A stretch of 64,000 bases of DNA from an uncultured delta proteobacterium (GTDB lineage Bacteria > Desulfobacterota > DSM-4660 > Desulfatiglandales > HGW-15). This document shows positions 37,895 to 47,872 of the stretch, one piece after another. The number at the start of each line of letters is the position of its first letter. The first letter of the stretch is position 1. The notes beneath the pieces were generated by a model. The model searched no databases. It was not told the DNA's origin and worked only from the letters and a program-made list of their open reading frames with translations. The stretch covers positions 511,234 through 575,233 of the forward strand of contig CAVPOU010000004.1 of the NCBI GenBank assembly GCA_963707125.1, given 5' to 3'. Position numbers and translations under genes: made by a program.

Positions 37895-39655
37895 TCAATC
37901 GATGATGAGGTCAACCCCCTTGCCTGTTTTTGAATCCACGAGACCCTCTTCGGAAAGACGCAAAAAAGGAATAGCCGCCGTGGTAAGCACGGCCAGCGTG
38001 AGGGCCGCGTCTGTAAAACGAAATCCCAGGGCCCTGGCTTTTGACTGGATGTCGTTCAGCCTTTCAGCGATTTCCTCAATCCTCTGGTTCGACAGGATGC
38101 CGGCCACGGGCAGCGCAAGCTCAGCCTGTATCTTGCCCTCGCTGCAGACCACGATGCCTCCCCCCATCCCGAATACCCGGTTCACGGCCATCGCCATGTC
38201 GGCTTCATCGGCTCCCACCACCACGGTGGCAAAGGTTTCCCACGCCCCGCTCGTGGCCATTGCCCCTGTTTGAAAGCCCTGTCCCCTGATCAAGCCGGTG
38301 AACCTGTTCCCCTCGCAGGAGATGACCGATACTTTCAGAATATCATGCCTCGGATCCGCTTTGAGTTCCCCATCATGGGCCGGAAGATCCAGGAGGGCTT
38401 CTTTGGTCACAAGTTCCGTGACCTGATCCATCACCCTGACCTTCAAAGAACCTTTCCTCTGCACCTCGATTGCAAAGTCATTCGGACTCACATGAATCTT
38501 CTTCAGCTCCCTGCCTTTGAAAATAGCCGGCCTTGGCTCAAGTGACAGTTTTCCCTCCTGCGCAATGATCACGCCGTTGCTGATGACAACTTCCGCCTTG
38601 ATGGTGCGAAGATCCGGGATGAGCACCATGTCTGCGCACTTGCCCGGAGCGATCCCTCCCAGCATTCCATCCAGCCTGAAATGTTCAGCCACGTTCAGCG
38701 TCGCCATCCGGATGGCAAGAACAGGATCGAAGCCTGCATCGATCGCGCGCTGGACCACATGCTCCAGATAGCCCTTTTCCATCAGATCCCTGGGATCAGC
38801 GCCGTCCGTGACCAGCGCGGCTCGTCTGAGGTCAAGGCCCATATCCTTTATCCTCACAATCGCCTCCAGCTCCCTTCGAATGCTGCCTTCCCGGATCATG
38901 GCGCAAAGGCCGAACCGGAGCTTTTCAACGACTTCCTCGGCGCTGACCGATTCATGGCACGAGGAAACTCCGTAGTCCAGATAAGCGGCGAGGCGCTGGC
39001 TGCGGCAGCCTGCTGCATGGCCTTCCGCTGTTTTTCTCAGTCTCAACGCGCCCGCCGACAGGGCAGGAAAGTTGGTTTCAGTTCGCAGAACCTCCTGCCA
39101 GAAGCCTTCACCGACGCCCACAACATCATCCCTCTTGAGAAGTTCCAGCAACTGCGTGAGCGTTGGAGCCCTTGCGGCTGCGTCCTTGCTGAGAGTGATG
39201 GAAGGAGGGACGGTGGAAAAAATTTTTATGGGCTGGTCTTTCAGAATTTCGAGACATTCCACAAGTCCGCTATAGCCCAGAGGGAAAGTGAGCTCCATGA
39301 TCTCGGTGATGATCGTGGTGGTGCCCCCTCTCATGGCGTAGCGCAGGAATTCCTGCGGAGAAGCATAATAGAGTATGTGGGTGTGACCGTCGACAAAGCC
39401 GGGAATGAGGACTTTGCCTGCTCCATCGATCACTTTTGTTCCTGATCCTATGGTGTGGTTTGCCTCAGGCCCCACGTAGGCGATCCATTTCCCTTTTGTC
39501 GCCACAGAGTACTCTTTAAGGATCTCCCCGGTGTAGACATTTACAAGGTCGGCTCCTTTGATGACCAGATCCGCTTCCTTTTCTCCAAGTGAGACAGCCG
39601 CAAGGTTCTTCATTCTTTCCGCACTGAGCATTTCGATCATGTTCCCCTCACCCAT
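37895..39655 (-). CDS. ade: Adenine deaminase (amidohydrolase family)
   Basis: 586 aa, with PGFVDGHTHI. Length and domain order are typical of Ade. Confidence 0.7.
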   Translation of the reverse strand: MGEGNMIEMLSAERMKNLAAVSLGEKEADLVIKGADLVNVYTGEILKEYSVATKGKWIAYVGPEANHTIGSGTKVIDGAGKVLIPGFVDGHTHILYYASPQEFLRYAMRGGTTTIITEIMELTFPLGYSGLVECLEILKDQPIKIFSTVPPSITLSKDAAARAPTLTQLLELLKRDDVVGVGEGFWQEVLRTETNFPALSAGALRLRKTAEGHAAGCRSQRLAAYLDYGVSSCHESVSAEEVVEKLRFGLCAMIREGSIRRELEAIVRIKDMGLDLRRAALVTDGADPRDLMEKGYLEHVVQRAIDAGFDPVLAIRMATLNVAEHFRLDGMLGGIAPGKCADMVLIPDLRTIKAEVVISNGVIIAQEGKLSLEPRPAIFKGRELKKIHVSPNDFAIEVQRKGSLKVRVMDQVTELVTKEALLDLPAHDGELKADPRHDILKVSVISCEGNRFTGLIRGQGFQTGAMATSGAWETFATVVVGADEADMAMAVNRVFGMGGGIVVCSEGKIQAELALPVAGILSNQRIEEIAERLNDIQSKARALGFRFTDAALTLAVLTTAAIPFLRLSEEGLVDSKTGKGVDLIID

Positions 39656-39851
39656 TTTTTGTTGCTCCCACTATACTTGAAATCGACTGGATCCTGTCAA
39701 GAGAATCGAGTTTTTGATCCCGGGCTGAAGTTTCTGGATTTCCTTTGGATGCTAGGGTATGATTGCGTGGAGGGCATCTTCCGTAACCTTGGCGACGGTC
39801 CGCAATCCCGCCGCCGGCGGGGCTGCGGAGGGTGGAGGAGCACGGAGAGCT

Positions 39852-40706
39852 TCACTTCGATCCGGTTTCGTCGCCCTCCGTCAACACACAAAGAGCCGCA
39901 TCGGATCGGTAGGGCAGAACCCCTTGCACGTTGACGACTCTTCTCGGCCCGCGCTGGCTTGCGCCTGGCACCCTGAATCTTGTCACATCCAGCCGCTCTA
40001 TGGGTTTCTCGTCGGGTTTCTCCACCTGCGGGACCCAATCATAGGGCACCCGGTACGCCCGGTAAATCATGTTGATCTTCATCATCTTTCCCCAGGAGGG
40101 ACTGATGGACTCCCAGACGATTTCGTGCTGGGGTGTGACCTCGATGATTCGGCCGCCCGAGCCCTCGGTGATCATGGTGTTGCCATTGAGCAGGCGTTGC
40201 GCTGAGCTGATGAAGGGGCTGTAAAACCGGTTTGCATCCACGGGAACCGTGAGCCCAGCCTCTGCCGGCGAGTATTGCCAGACCACCTTGAGCGTTATGG
40301 GATCCAATTCAAGGACCCGCGAGTAATCTCTCAAGGCATTCCGAAAGCCGGTGGGGGAGCCGGGGTTTGGAGAGCCATAGCCCGCCCATCCTCCGTTGTC
40401 AAAGACCATGATGTTCCCTTCGCCGGGAAGGCCTCTTGGAATCATGTGAGCGTGATGCTGTCTCGCCATCCACTGGGGCTCCTCGCCCGGGTCCTCGATG
40501 TACTCGTACTCGTTGAACCGCCAGACCACGTTGCCGTCCCAGTCCACCTGGACCAGGTCCACACCGTCCTGCACCCCGTACGCCGTGTTCCTCTCACCGG
40601 TGCTGCCGATCAAATAGCCTCCCGGGAGAATCCTGTTCGGCATGCCATGAAACTCTTTCCACAGCTGGACCTCCCCTCCGTTCATATCAATGAGGAGCGC
40701 TCCCAT
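39852..40706 (-). CDS. Arylsulfotransferase (ASST)-like beta-propeller protein, N-terminal anchor out of frame
   Basis: QHHAHMIP...IMVFDNGG...SSAQRLLNGNTMITEGSGGRIIEV. An upstream ORF (40854-40711) encodes a hydrophobic anchor in a frame offset by one nucleotide. Confidence 0.65.
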   Translation of the reverse strand: MGALLIDMNGGEVQLWKEFHGMPNRILPGGYLIGSTGERNTAYGVQDGVDLVQVDWDGNVVWRFNEYEYIEDPGEEPQWMARQHHAHMIPRGLPGEGNIMVFDNGGWAGYGSPNPGSPTGFRNALRDYSRVLELDPITLKVVWQYSPAEAGLTVPVDANRFYSPFISSAQRLLNGNTMITEGSGGRIIEVTPQHEIVWESISPSWGKMMKINMIYRAYRVPYDWVPQVEKPDEKPIERLDVTRFRVPGASQRGPRRVVNVQGVLPYRSDAALCVLTEGDETGSK

Positions 40707-41055
40707 CTCGTTATTCTTCTTTGAACGCTTTCTCGCGCCCGCGGCCGATGGCCGGCAGGGCCAGCATGACCAGCATGGCGGCCGCTATCAACAGAAATGC
40801 CAGCGACAGGGGGCGGGTGAAAAACACCGAGGGGTCTCCGCGCGAGAGCAGCATGCCCCGCCGCGATGAAGCGACATCTGGAAAGTCTGGGAAAAGAGCT
40901 TGTGAACCTGGAGGGGGTGTACAGGAAAAGGAAAGGGTTGGTTTGGTGAGCGGAGAAGTTATCGAGGCCACCCCCCGGCGGGCGAGCAGAGTCTTTGGTT
41001 GTGGGCAAGGGCTGCATCAAGTTATTGTTCTGTAAAGCGAGCACGGAGGGTTGCG

Positions 41056-41244
41056 ATGATCAGGAGTTTAAAGCAGCGCCTGACCCTTTTTTTCCTTCTT
41101 CCTGTAGCCATCATGCTATTTGTCACGGGCTATCGGGTTTTTGTGTTGGCAAAGAAGACCATGATGGGAGAGTGGAAGGAGTCTTCTCTTTCGTGTTTTC
41201 CAAATTTCGCCTGTCCTGAGCAGTGTCGAAGGGTGCTTTCGTGA
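41056..41244 (+). pseudogene. Possible remnant of a membrane sensor N-terminus
   Basis: MIRSLKQRLTLFFLLPVAIMLFVTGYRVFVLAKK resembles the start of sensor kinases/cyclases, but the ORF ends after ~60 aa. Confidence 0.3.
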
Positions 41245-41416
41245 TTGATTGGTTTCTGGTTCTCATCTCTTGTGTCTGTGGGTAAGGATCGCAAGGCGTA
41301 TGTTTGATACTGGATGCTCGCTATGAGCGGGAAAGGGAGACGATAGGCAAGGGTACCGGGACAGCTCGGGCAATCTCAGTTCGTTTGTTCATGATACAAA
41401 TATGGGAAAACTCTGC

Positions 41417-41460
41417 TTGACAGGATATTATATATAACGCATTATATATGCGCATTATTA
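41417..41460 (+). promoter_or_regulatory. Putative mazEF promoter/operator: TTGACA plus tandem ATTATATAT(A)RCGC repeats
   Basis: TTGACA at 41417-41422. Direct repeats at 41427-41440 and 41441-41453, plus a partial third copy. Confidence 0.45.
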
Positions 41461-41481
41461 AAACATCCTAATAGGTGCCAT

Positions 41482-41724
41482 ATGAGTACGGTAAGGATGA
41501 ACATCACGATCCCTGAGCAGTTGGCCCGCAAGCTGGACCAGATGGTAAGCCCAAGAAAAAAAAGCACCTTCATTGTTAAGAGTTTGGAGGAGTGCATTCA
41601 CAGGATGGAACGCGAAGAGCTCAAAGCCAATCTTAAGGAAGGATACAAAGTAAGAAGGGACGAAGGGCTAAGGATTGCCGGGGAGTTTCGAAAAGTGGAT
41701 CTGGAGGGATGGGATGAGTATTAG
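41482..41724 (+). CDS. mazE: RHH/CopG-type antitoxin
   Basis: 80 aa. MNITIPEQLARKLD is a ribbon-helix-helix start. The gene overlaps the toxin start. Confidence 0.75.
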   Translation: MSTVRMNITIPEQLARKLDQMVSPRKKSTFIVKSLEECIHRMEREELKANLKEGYKVRRDEGLRIAGEFRKVDLEGWDEY

Positions 41725-42058
41725 AAGAGGGGAGATCTATATTGCAGCCCTTGATCCTGTGGTCGGCAGAGAAATCTCCAAGACGCGTCCTGTGGTGGTG
41801 GTTTCTAACGACTTGAATAATCAATTCGCGGCCACGGTGACTGTACTCCCGATCACCTCTATGAATCTTGACAAGATTTATCCTTTTGAGGTTTTTCTGC
41901 CAAAAGGCTCCGGCGCCCTACCCAAGGATTCGAAAGTCAAAGCAGATCAGATACGCACCCTCGATAAAGCTCGGATAGCCAAACTGTTGGGGAAAGTGGA
42001 TCAGAAAAAAATCACGGCGATCGATAAGGCGGTGAAAATACATTTGGGGCTGGAGTGA
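41714..42058 (+). CDS. mazF: MazF/PemK-family endoribonuclease toxin
   Basis: IRRGEIYIAALDPVVGREISKTRPVVVVSND...VLPITS. ATG 41714 overlaps the antitoxin stop. Confidence 0.85.
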   Translation: MSIRRGEIYIAALDPVVGREISKTRPVVVVSNDLNNQFAATVTVLPITSMNLDKIYPFEVFLPKGSGALPKDSKVKADQIRTLDKARIAKLLGKVDQKKITAIDKAVKIHLGLE

Positions 42059-42504
42059 TGAAAACAAGAATACAGGAGACTGAATACAGTATGAAAGCAG
42101 ACCACAGAGGACCCCAGTTGAATAGTCCTTCGCCCCAGTGAAATAGGCCTTCAGGATTTCACCCCGATGGAATAGAACTGCAACATCATTCCATAGGGCA
42201 GGCGGGGCAAAATTCAACGGGGCAAGCCGGATTATCAGGATTATTGTGTTTCGAAACATAAAGAGCAAACATCTTTGATCCTGTTAATCCTGTCTAAAGA
42301 AGCTCGCATCTTACCTCAGTTCGCTCGACCCCTCATCGATCGGAAATTGCGCATGCAATGGGGGCGTGGACTCGTGAAATTCTGGAACAAGCTTGATGGG
42401 TTCAGAAGTTTCAGGGTACTAATGCGAGAGGCACAAGCAGGCACGGACAAACCTAAATCGTTTGTCCGTGCCACCCAGTCTTGTCACTCGTTACTCGTCA
42501 CTGA
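42059..42504. repeat. Composite repeat block: ACAG heptads, expanded H2 hairpin (42112-42228), GGATTAT/ATCCTGT inverted words (42229-42298), H1 hairpin (42439-42476), CACTCGT heptads (42484-42504)
   Basis: Read directly. H1 reads gcacggacaaacctaaatcgtttgtccgtgccaccc. Confidence 0.8.
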
Positions 42505-43905
42505 CTACGGTTTGAGGCCCAATTCGTCGATGCGGCCGAGCAGGGTTTTGTAGCTCACGCCAAGCACTTCAGCTGCCTTTTTCCTGTTCCACTGAGTTTT
42601 GGCGAGCACATCCACGATGGCCTGGCGCTCCGCTTCAGAGACATAGGTCTTGGTAATTTTCTTGATAGAAAAACGGTTTTCCCTAATCAGCCTCTCGATT
42701 TTCTCATCGGACCAACCGACGACCGTCCCCAAGTCTTCCATTGAGGCGTGTTCCCCCTTCTTCTGGAGACTCTCCAGGCTGAGCTCCCTGAACACAAACT
42801 CCCAGTCTTTAAGCGCGACCGCGCGGCGCACCACATTTTCGAGCTCTCTCACATTTCCCGGCCACTGGTAGGATTGAAGATGCTTCAGTATCTTCCCAGG
42901 GATCTCCAGGATGTCTTTCTTCAGCTCAAGACAGTACTTGTTGACAAAATAGTAAATCAGTATGGGGATGTCCGGTTTCCTTTCCCTCAAGGGCGCAGCC
43001 TGGATATGAATCACATTAAGGCGGTAGAAAAGATCTTTTCTGAAGAGACCGTCCCGCACCTTTCTCTGAAGATCCGAATTGGTCGCAGCCACAACCCGGG
43101 TATCCACGAACTTGTCGTAGATCCCTCCAAGCCTAGCGAAAGCTTTATCTTCAAGGACCTGGAGGAACTTTGCCTGGAGAGAGAGCGAGAGGTCTCCGAT
43201 TTCATCTATGAAGAGCGTCCCGTTGTGGGCCAGCTCCAGTCGCCCAGGCTTGTTCTTGTGGGCGCCTGTAAACGCCCCCTTCTGAAAACCAAAGACCTCG
43301 CTTTCAAGAAGTTCATCCGGCAAGGCACCGCAGCTGATTTTTACCAGAGGCCCCTGGTTTCGCTGCGAATGGTAATGGACGGAGCGCGCGATCAGCTCTT
43401 TTCCGGTGCCCGTCTCCCCGGTGATCAGCACAGTAATGTCTTTGGCCGCTACCTTTTGAATCTTCAGTTTGATGTTTCTGATCGCCTCACTGTGCCCGAT
43501 AATGACCGGATAGTCCGGTCGCATTTTGTATTCATCCCTGAACTTCAAAGCGCTCTGTACTGTCTCGGCAAATTCTGCGCCCTCCAGATCCGTTCCAATG
43601 GGGTAGATCCCTTCAAAAGGCACGATCTCCGGACCCTCGGCCAGCGGCACTCCGCCACAGGAGGTAAGAACAGGCATGAAAGGGGTGATGATTTTCAATT
43701 TGTGAATGCACTGGATGCATGTCTCCGCATCGAGCGAAGGGCCGAGGACAGCCAGGTCAGGCTTCAAGGCTGCCAGCTCATCAATGGCCACATTCGGCCT
43801 TGCCGTAAAGCAGTGGACGAATCCGAACTGCTTGACTCTTTCAGCCCAGGCCTCGGCTAATGAAGGATCTGAATCAATGACAAGGACGTTAATTCCATCG
43901 GCCAT
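42505..43905 (-). CDS. Sigma-54-dependent transcriptional activator (NtrC family) with degenerate receiver domain
   Basis: GETGTGKE, GAFTGA, C-terminal HTH AAEVLGVSYKTL. The receiver region reads KPDLAVLGPSLD where DLVLLD is expected. Confidence 0.85.
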   Translation of the reverse strand: MADGINVLVIDSDPSLAEAWAERVKQFGFVHCFTARPNVAIDELAALKPDLAVLGPSLDAETCIQCIHKLKIITPFMPVLTSCGGVPLAEGPEIVPFEGIYPIGTDLEGAEFAETVQSALKFRDEYKMRPDYPVIIGHSEAIRNIKLKIQKVAAKDITVLITGETGTGKELIARSVHYHSQRNQGPLVKISCGALPDELLESEVFGFQKGAFTGAHKNKPGRLELAHNGTLFIDEIGDLSLSLQAKFLQVLEDKAFARLGGIYDKFVDTRVVAATNSDLQRKVRDGLFRKDLFYRLNVIHIQAAPLRERKPDIPILIYYFVNKYCLELKKDILEIPGKILKHLQSYQWPGNVRELENVVRRAVALKDWEFVFRELSLESLQKKGEHASMEDLGTVVGWSDEKIERLIRENRFSIKKITKTYVSEAERQAIVDVLAKTQWNRKKAAEVLGVSYKTLLGRIDELGLKP

Positions 43906-44254
43906 GGCGCAAAACCCTCGGCTTTCAGCGGTCAGCTGTCAGCTTCAAAGAAAGAATACAGAAGACAGAATTCAGAATCAGAACCCCAATCACGAAAACA
44001 CCCCAGTTGAATCGTCCCCCTGACGGGGGAATTCAACGGGACAGGCGAAAACTGGAAAACACGAAAGAACATTGCACCACGGACAAGCAAAATCAGCTTG
44101 TCCGTGCCACCCAGTCTTTTCAAGCTTGTCCGCTCTTAGCAAGCATCCCCATTGTTACCACGGACAACCATCCTCCCGAGGCAGATAAGAATCAGTTTGT
44201 CCGTGCCACCGCATCGCAATCTCTATGCTCTCTGCTCCACGCCCTACGCTGTCT
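43906..44254. repeat. Composite repeat block: CAGCGGT words, ACAGAAG heptads (43950-43985), H2 hairpin (44000-44050), GAAAACnn octamers, two H1 hairpins (44077-44111, 44158-44210)
   Basis: Read directly. Confidence 0.8.
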
Positions 44255-46675
44255 TCATGCCGCCAGGGCGCGCGAAATAGCCTGGCTCAGCTCCCCGATG
44301 CCGCAGGGCTTCGTGATGTAGCCCTTGATCAAGCGCTTGGTGCTTTCGTCAATCCCGTTGGGCCCGCTTTCCTCGTAACCGGACACCATGATGATCCTGG
44401 CATCAGGATCTATTTCCACAATTTTTCTGGCACACGTCACCCCGTCCATCTTAGGCATGCCCCTGTCCATGAGCACCACATCCGGGTCCCACTCACTGTA
44501 GTTCTGCAAAGCGTCCAAAGGCCTCTCCACCGGGATGGCTTCGTACCCGAGTTTCTTGCAGACGGCGGTCAAGGCATCAAGGGCCGGCTTTTCATCGTCA
44601 ACAATCAAAACCTTCTCGCCCCTCCCGGGAATGATCTCTCTTGCAGGTTCCCCCATTTCGGTGGTCTCGGGCGCTGCATAGGAGAAGGAGATTCTGAAAT
44701 TAGCCCCTTTGCCAGGTTTCGACGACACAGAGATATCCCCTTTGTGTTCCTGCACAATCCCGTGCACCGTTGAAAGGCCCAGTCCCGTCCCTTTCCCCAC
44801 TTCCTTCAGAGTGAAGAAGGGGTCGAAGATTCTCTCAACCGTCTTCTCATCCATGCCGATCCCTGTGTCACTCACGACGGCTGTCACCTTGTTTCCCTTT
44901 CTCTTGGCCTCAACAGTCAACTTGCCACCGTTCGGCATGGCATCGTTCGCATTGCTGTAAAGATTCATGAAGACCTGACTCAGCAGAGACCTGTTGCCCT
45001 TCACGAAGAGGTCCTTGTCCAGGCTGAGCACGATTTCGATGTTCCTGTTCAAAACCCTCGCGATGATTTCATGGGTTTGCTTGATCACATCGGCAAGGTC
45101 GAGGTGAACCATCTGGTATCCGCCACCCCTCCTGGAGAAATGCAGGAGGTTGTTGATGAGATCCACGCCTTTTTCCACTGAGTCGAAGATGTTGGTCGTG
45201 AGATCCGCAATGTCCGGTTTCTCGCCGCAGACCAGTTCCATATACTCGGTATTGCCTGAAATCGCCTGCAAGATGTTTCGAAAATTATGGGCTATCCCTC
45301 CAGCAAAAGCCCCGATGGATTCCATCTTCTGGGCCACGAGAAGCTGCTCCTGCAGAGCCTTCTGCTCCCTTTCCGCCTTTTTCTTTTCCGTCACATTATC
45401 AAAGATCGCCACGATCTCTCCGGAAGGCAGCCGGTAAATGTAGTATTCTCTCCAACCAGTGATTTCTTCGCCTTCGTGAAACGTGATGGATCCGCTCTCC
45501 GGGTTTGCGGTTCGCCAGACTCGCCTGAAACTCTCCAGGATGTCAGATCCTTTGTAGAAGGGCAATATTTGAAAGAGCGTCTTGTTACCGATGATCTCTT
45601 TGTCGTCAATGTTCTCAATTTTCCGAAAAGCCCGGTTCAGATTGAGAATGGTGAAATCTTCGCCGTCATTCACCGTTCTGAACACCATAACGCCGCTGCT
45701 CATGTGATCGAAAATGGCCTTAAAGCGCACCTCGCTCTCGCGAAGCTTTTCCTGGGTCTCCATGAGAACCTTGGTCCGATCCTCCACAAGGCTCTCGAGA
45801 TTGGAATACAGGGTCGCGTTCTCTATGGCGATGGCTGCAGGGCTGCTCAGTGCCGACAGCAGGGAGAGGTCCTCTTTTCGGAAACCATACGGTTTGCTCA
45901 CAGAGTCCACGTAGATGGCCCCTCGAATTTTGGACTTACTCATCAGAGGCACGCACATCACGGACTTGATCTTCATGAGCTCCATACTTACGGAACGATC
46001 GTCCTTGTCCTCCCTCATCGTGTTGGACATCATCACGGCTTTGCCTTCTTTGAGGACCTTGTTGACTACCGTCCGGCTGTAGGGCCGGGCTCCGTGCTTG
46101 GAGTCGTCTTTCGACCTTGAAATCACCCGGGTGATCTTGCCTGATCGGGGATCGACCAGCAGGATAGCTCCCCGATCGATTCTTTTTAGAAGTTCAAAAA
46201 TCTGATCCAGGATCTTCTCGAAGAGATCGCTCAAATCAAGGGACTGCATCAGCATCTTGGAGACGCTGTAAATCAGTTCGAGATTTCTCAGAGAGGTCTT
46301 GGGCCGATCCGTTTCCACCGTGTCATTGAGAGGATTGGACGGATCAACAAATTTCTGAAGCGAAGCGATATCCCTTTTGTACTCCTTGCCCAGGGAGAAG
46401 AAAACATTGCCGATGCCGATCGGCACCCCTTCCCTCACCTCGAAGACCTTGCCGGCGTTTATCTGTTTGTCCCGGATATAGGTCCCGTTGGTGCTCCGCA
46501 AGTCTTCAATGAAGTATTTCTCGCCTTTTTGGACAATTTTGAGATGCCTGCGGGAGACATGCCTTTCCTTGATCTGGATATGGTTGTCCGGCGCCCGCCC
46601 CACAAAGATGACCTCTTCCTTGAGATCATGGGTCTCGCCCTTCTCGGGTCCACTCAAAAAAAAGAGTTTGCTCAT
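44255..46675 (-). CDS. Soluble hybrid sensor kinase: FHA-GAF-PAS-HisKA-HATPase-REC
   Basis: FHA N-terminus (VIFVGRAPDNHIQI...STNGTYI). H-box FAGGIAHNFRNIL. N/G boxes YSNANDAMP, DTGIGM, GTGLGLS. REC domain VLIVDDE...LMDRGMPKMDG...TKP. No TM segments seen. Confidence 0.85.
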   Translation of the reverse strand: MSKLFFLSGPEKGETHDLKEEVIFVGRAPDNHIQIKERHVSRRHLKIVQKGEKYFIEDLRSTNGTYIRDKQINAGKVFEVREGVPIGIGNVFFSLGKEYKRDIASLQKFVDPSNPLNDTVETDRPKTSLRNLELIYSVSKMLMQSLDLSDLFEKILDQIFELLKRIDRGAILLVDPRSGKITRVISRSKDDSKHGARPYSRTVVNKVLKEGKAVMMSNTMREDKDDRSVSMELMKIKSVMCVPLMSKSKIRGAIYVDSVSKPYGFRKEDLSLLSALSSPAAIAIENATLYSNLESLVEDRTKVLMETQEKLRESEVRFKAIFDHMSSGVMVFRTVNDGEDFTILNLNRAFRKIENIDDKEIIGNKTLFQILPFYKGSDILESFRRVWRTANPESGSITFHEGEEITGWREYYIYRLPSGEIVAIFDNVTEKKKAEREQKALQEQLLVAQKMESIGAFAGGIAHNFRNILQAISGNTEYMELVCGEKPDIADLTTNIFDSVEKGVDLINNLLHFSRRGGGYQMVHLDLADVIKQTHEIIARVLNRNIEIVLSLDKDLFVKGNRSLLSQVFMNLYSNANDAMPNGGKLTVEAKRKGNKVTAVVSDTGIGMDEKTVERIFDPFFTLKEVGKGTGLGLSTVHGIVQEHKGDISVSSKPGKGANFRISFSYAAPETTEMGEPAREIIPGRGEKVLIVDDEKPALDALTAVCKKLGYEAIPVERPLDALQNYSEWDPDVVLMDRGMPKMDGVTCARKIVEIDPDARIIMVSGYEESGPNGIDESTKRLIKGYITKPCGIGELSQAISRALAA

Positions 46676-47058
46676 GAGTTCTTCTCCCCTTTGGAGCGAC
46701 TCAGCAATGTTTCAATATGGTCCTTGAGCAACGACATCCTGACGGGTTTGGCTAAAACAAGATCCGCCTTTTTCTCCAGCGCTGCGGCCTCAGGTTCCTT
46801 GCCGAAGCCTGTGATGGCAATGACCGGGACGCGTGGCTTCTTCTCCTTGATGGCACTCACGACCCCGACACCGCTCACATAGGGCATCACGATGTCCGTG
46901 ATCACGAGATCGTAGGTTTCGGTTTCGAGTTTTTTCAACCCCTCCATCCCGTCCACAGCAGTGATCACCTCGTACCCCACTTTCATGAGGTGCTTCACCA
47001 TGATAGACAGGACATCCGCGTCGTCCTCGATGATAAGAATCGTCTTTGATTCAGCCAT
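46672..47058 (-). CDS. Single-domain response regulator (CheY-like)
   Basis: ILIIEDD...LVITDIVMP...AITG...AKP, with canonical residues. ATGA overlap with the kinase gene. Confidence 0.85.
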   Translation of the reverse strand: MAESKTILIIEDDADVLSIMVKHLMKVGYEVITAVDGMEGLKKLETETYDLVITDIVMPYVSGVGVVSAIKEKKPRVPVIAITGFGKEPEAAALEKKADLVLAKPVRMSLLKDHIETLLSRSKGEKNS

Positions 47059-47290
47059 GGCTTGCCCGTTATGCGTTGTTCGCTATCCGTTGTTCGCTAT
47101 CTGTTATCCGTTATCTGTTTATATGACAATAAGCGTTCGCCCTCACGTTCTGTCTTCTTGTTTCTTGTTTTGAACATTTTAGGCACTTTAGTCACTTCCC
47201 TATGCTGACCTCCGACTTCTGACCTCTGGTGTTCTGTCATCTGATTATTACTGACTGTTCACTGGTTTCATGCTGTCTTTTGTATTCTTT
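47059..47290. repeat. Composite word arrays: CGTTRTY heptads (47067-47122), TTCTKGT words, GGCACTTTAGTCACTTC (47182-47198), CTGACYT heptads
   Basis: cgttgttcgctatc is repeated twice, then tgttatc/cgttatc/tgtttat follow. A 17-nt block is identical to 56692-56708. Confidence 0.8.
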
Positions 47291-47291
47291 C

Positions 47292-47540
47292 CTATTTCAT
47301 ACTTCCCAAATATGCAAGGTCCTTTTCCTGCGTGTTCTTGGTTCCTATGGCCACGATCAGTTTCCTGGCCTGAGAATCCTTCTGATAATAGAGCCTGCCC
47401 GAGTAGGCGAAGGGGATCTCGATGAAATCCGTCTTTCCGCCTTTGCCCAGATATCTTTCCAAGCCGTTCAGTGTCAAAATATAGCAAACCGGCGGCAAGA
47501 AGATGCACAGAAAGAGTATTTTGAAAGGGAAATTCTTCAT
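47292..47540 (-). CDS. Hypothetical small secreted/membrane protein
   Basis: MKNFPFKILFLCIFLPPVCYIL is a hydrophobic N-terminus. No clear RBS, and overlapping alternative frames exist. Confidence 0.35.
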   Translation of the reverse strand: MKNFPFKILFLCIFLPPVCYILTLNGLERYLGKGGKTDFIEIPFAYSGRLYYQKDSQARKLIVAIGTKNTQEKDLAYLGSMK

Positions 47541-47548
47541 TAAGCATA

Positions 47549-47872
47549 CAGTAGCGATCAGCAACAGCCAGTAATCAGTGATCAGTAATCAGTGATCAGT
47601 GATCAGTGATCAGTAATCAGTAATCAGAAGAAGCTATCAGCCCTTCGACCATGCTCAGGGTCTGCGACAGGGCAGGCGAAAACTGGAAGACACGAAAGAA
47701 GGTCCTCTCACAGACAAAAAAATTCGTTTGTCCGTGCCACCAAGTCTTTTCTCGCCTCACTGCTTTGCCCGCTCTTGATGAGCATCCGTCACTCGATCGT
47801 TCTATGCGTTTATCTATACTGGCCTGGCCTTTGGAAAATATTCCTCTGTGCTCTCTGTGAGAGACAAGGTTT
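47549..47872. repeat. ATCAGTR heptamer array (8 contiguous units, 47574-47629) followed by CCTTCGA-CTCAGGG motif (47641-47665), GAAAACTGG/CACGAAAG words and H1 hairpin (47707-47743)
   Basis: 'atcag' starts at 47574 and recurs every 7 nt eight times. Confidence 0.9.

Noticed and set aside
47549-47640. Word arrays as CRISPR arrays
   Set aside because: The units are only 7-8 nt and directly abut one another with no spacers. No cas genes are present in the window.
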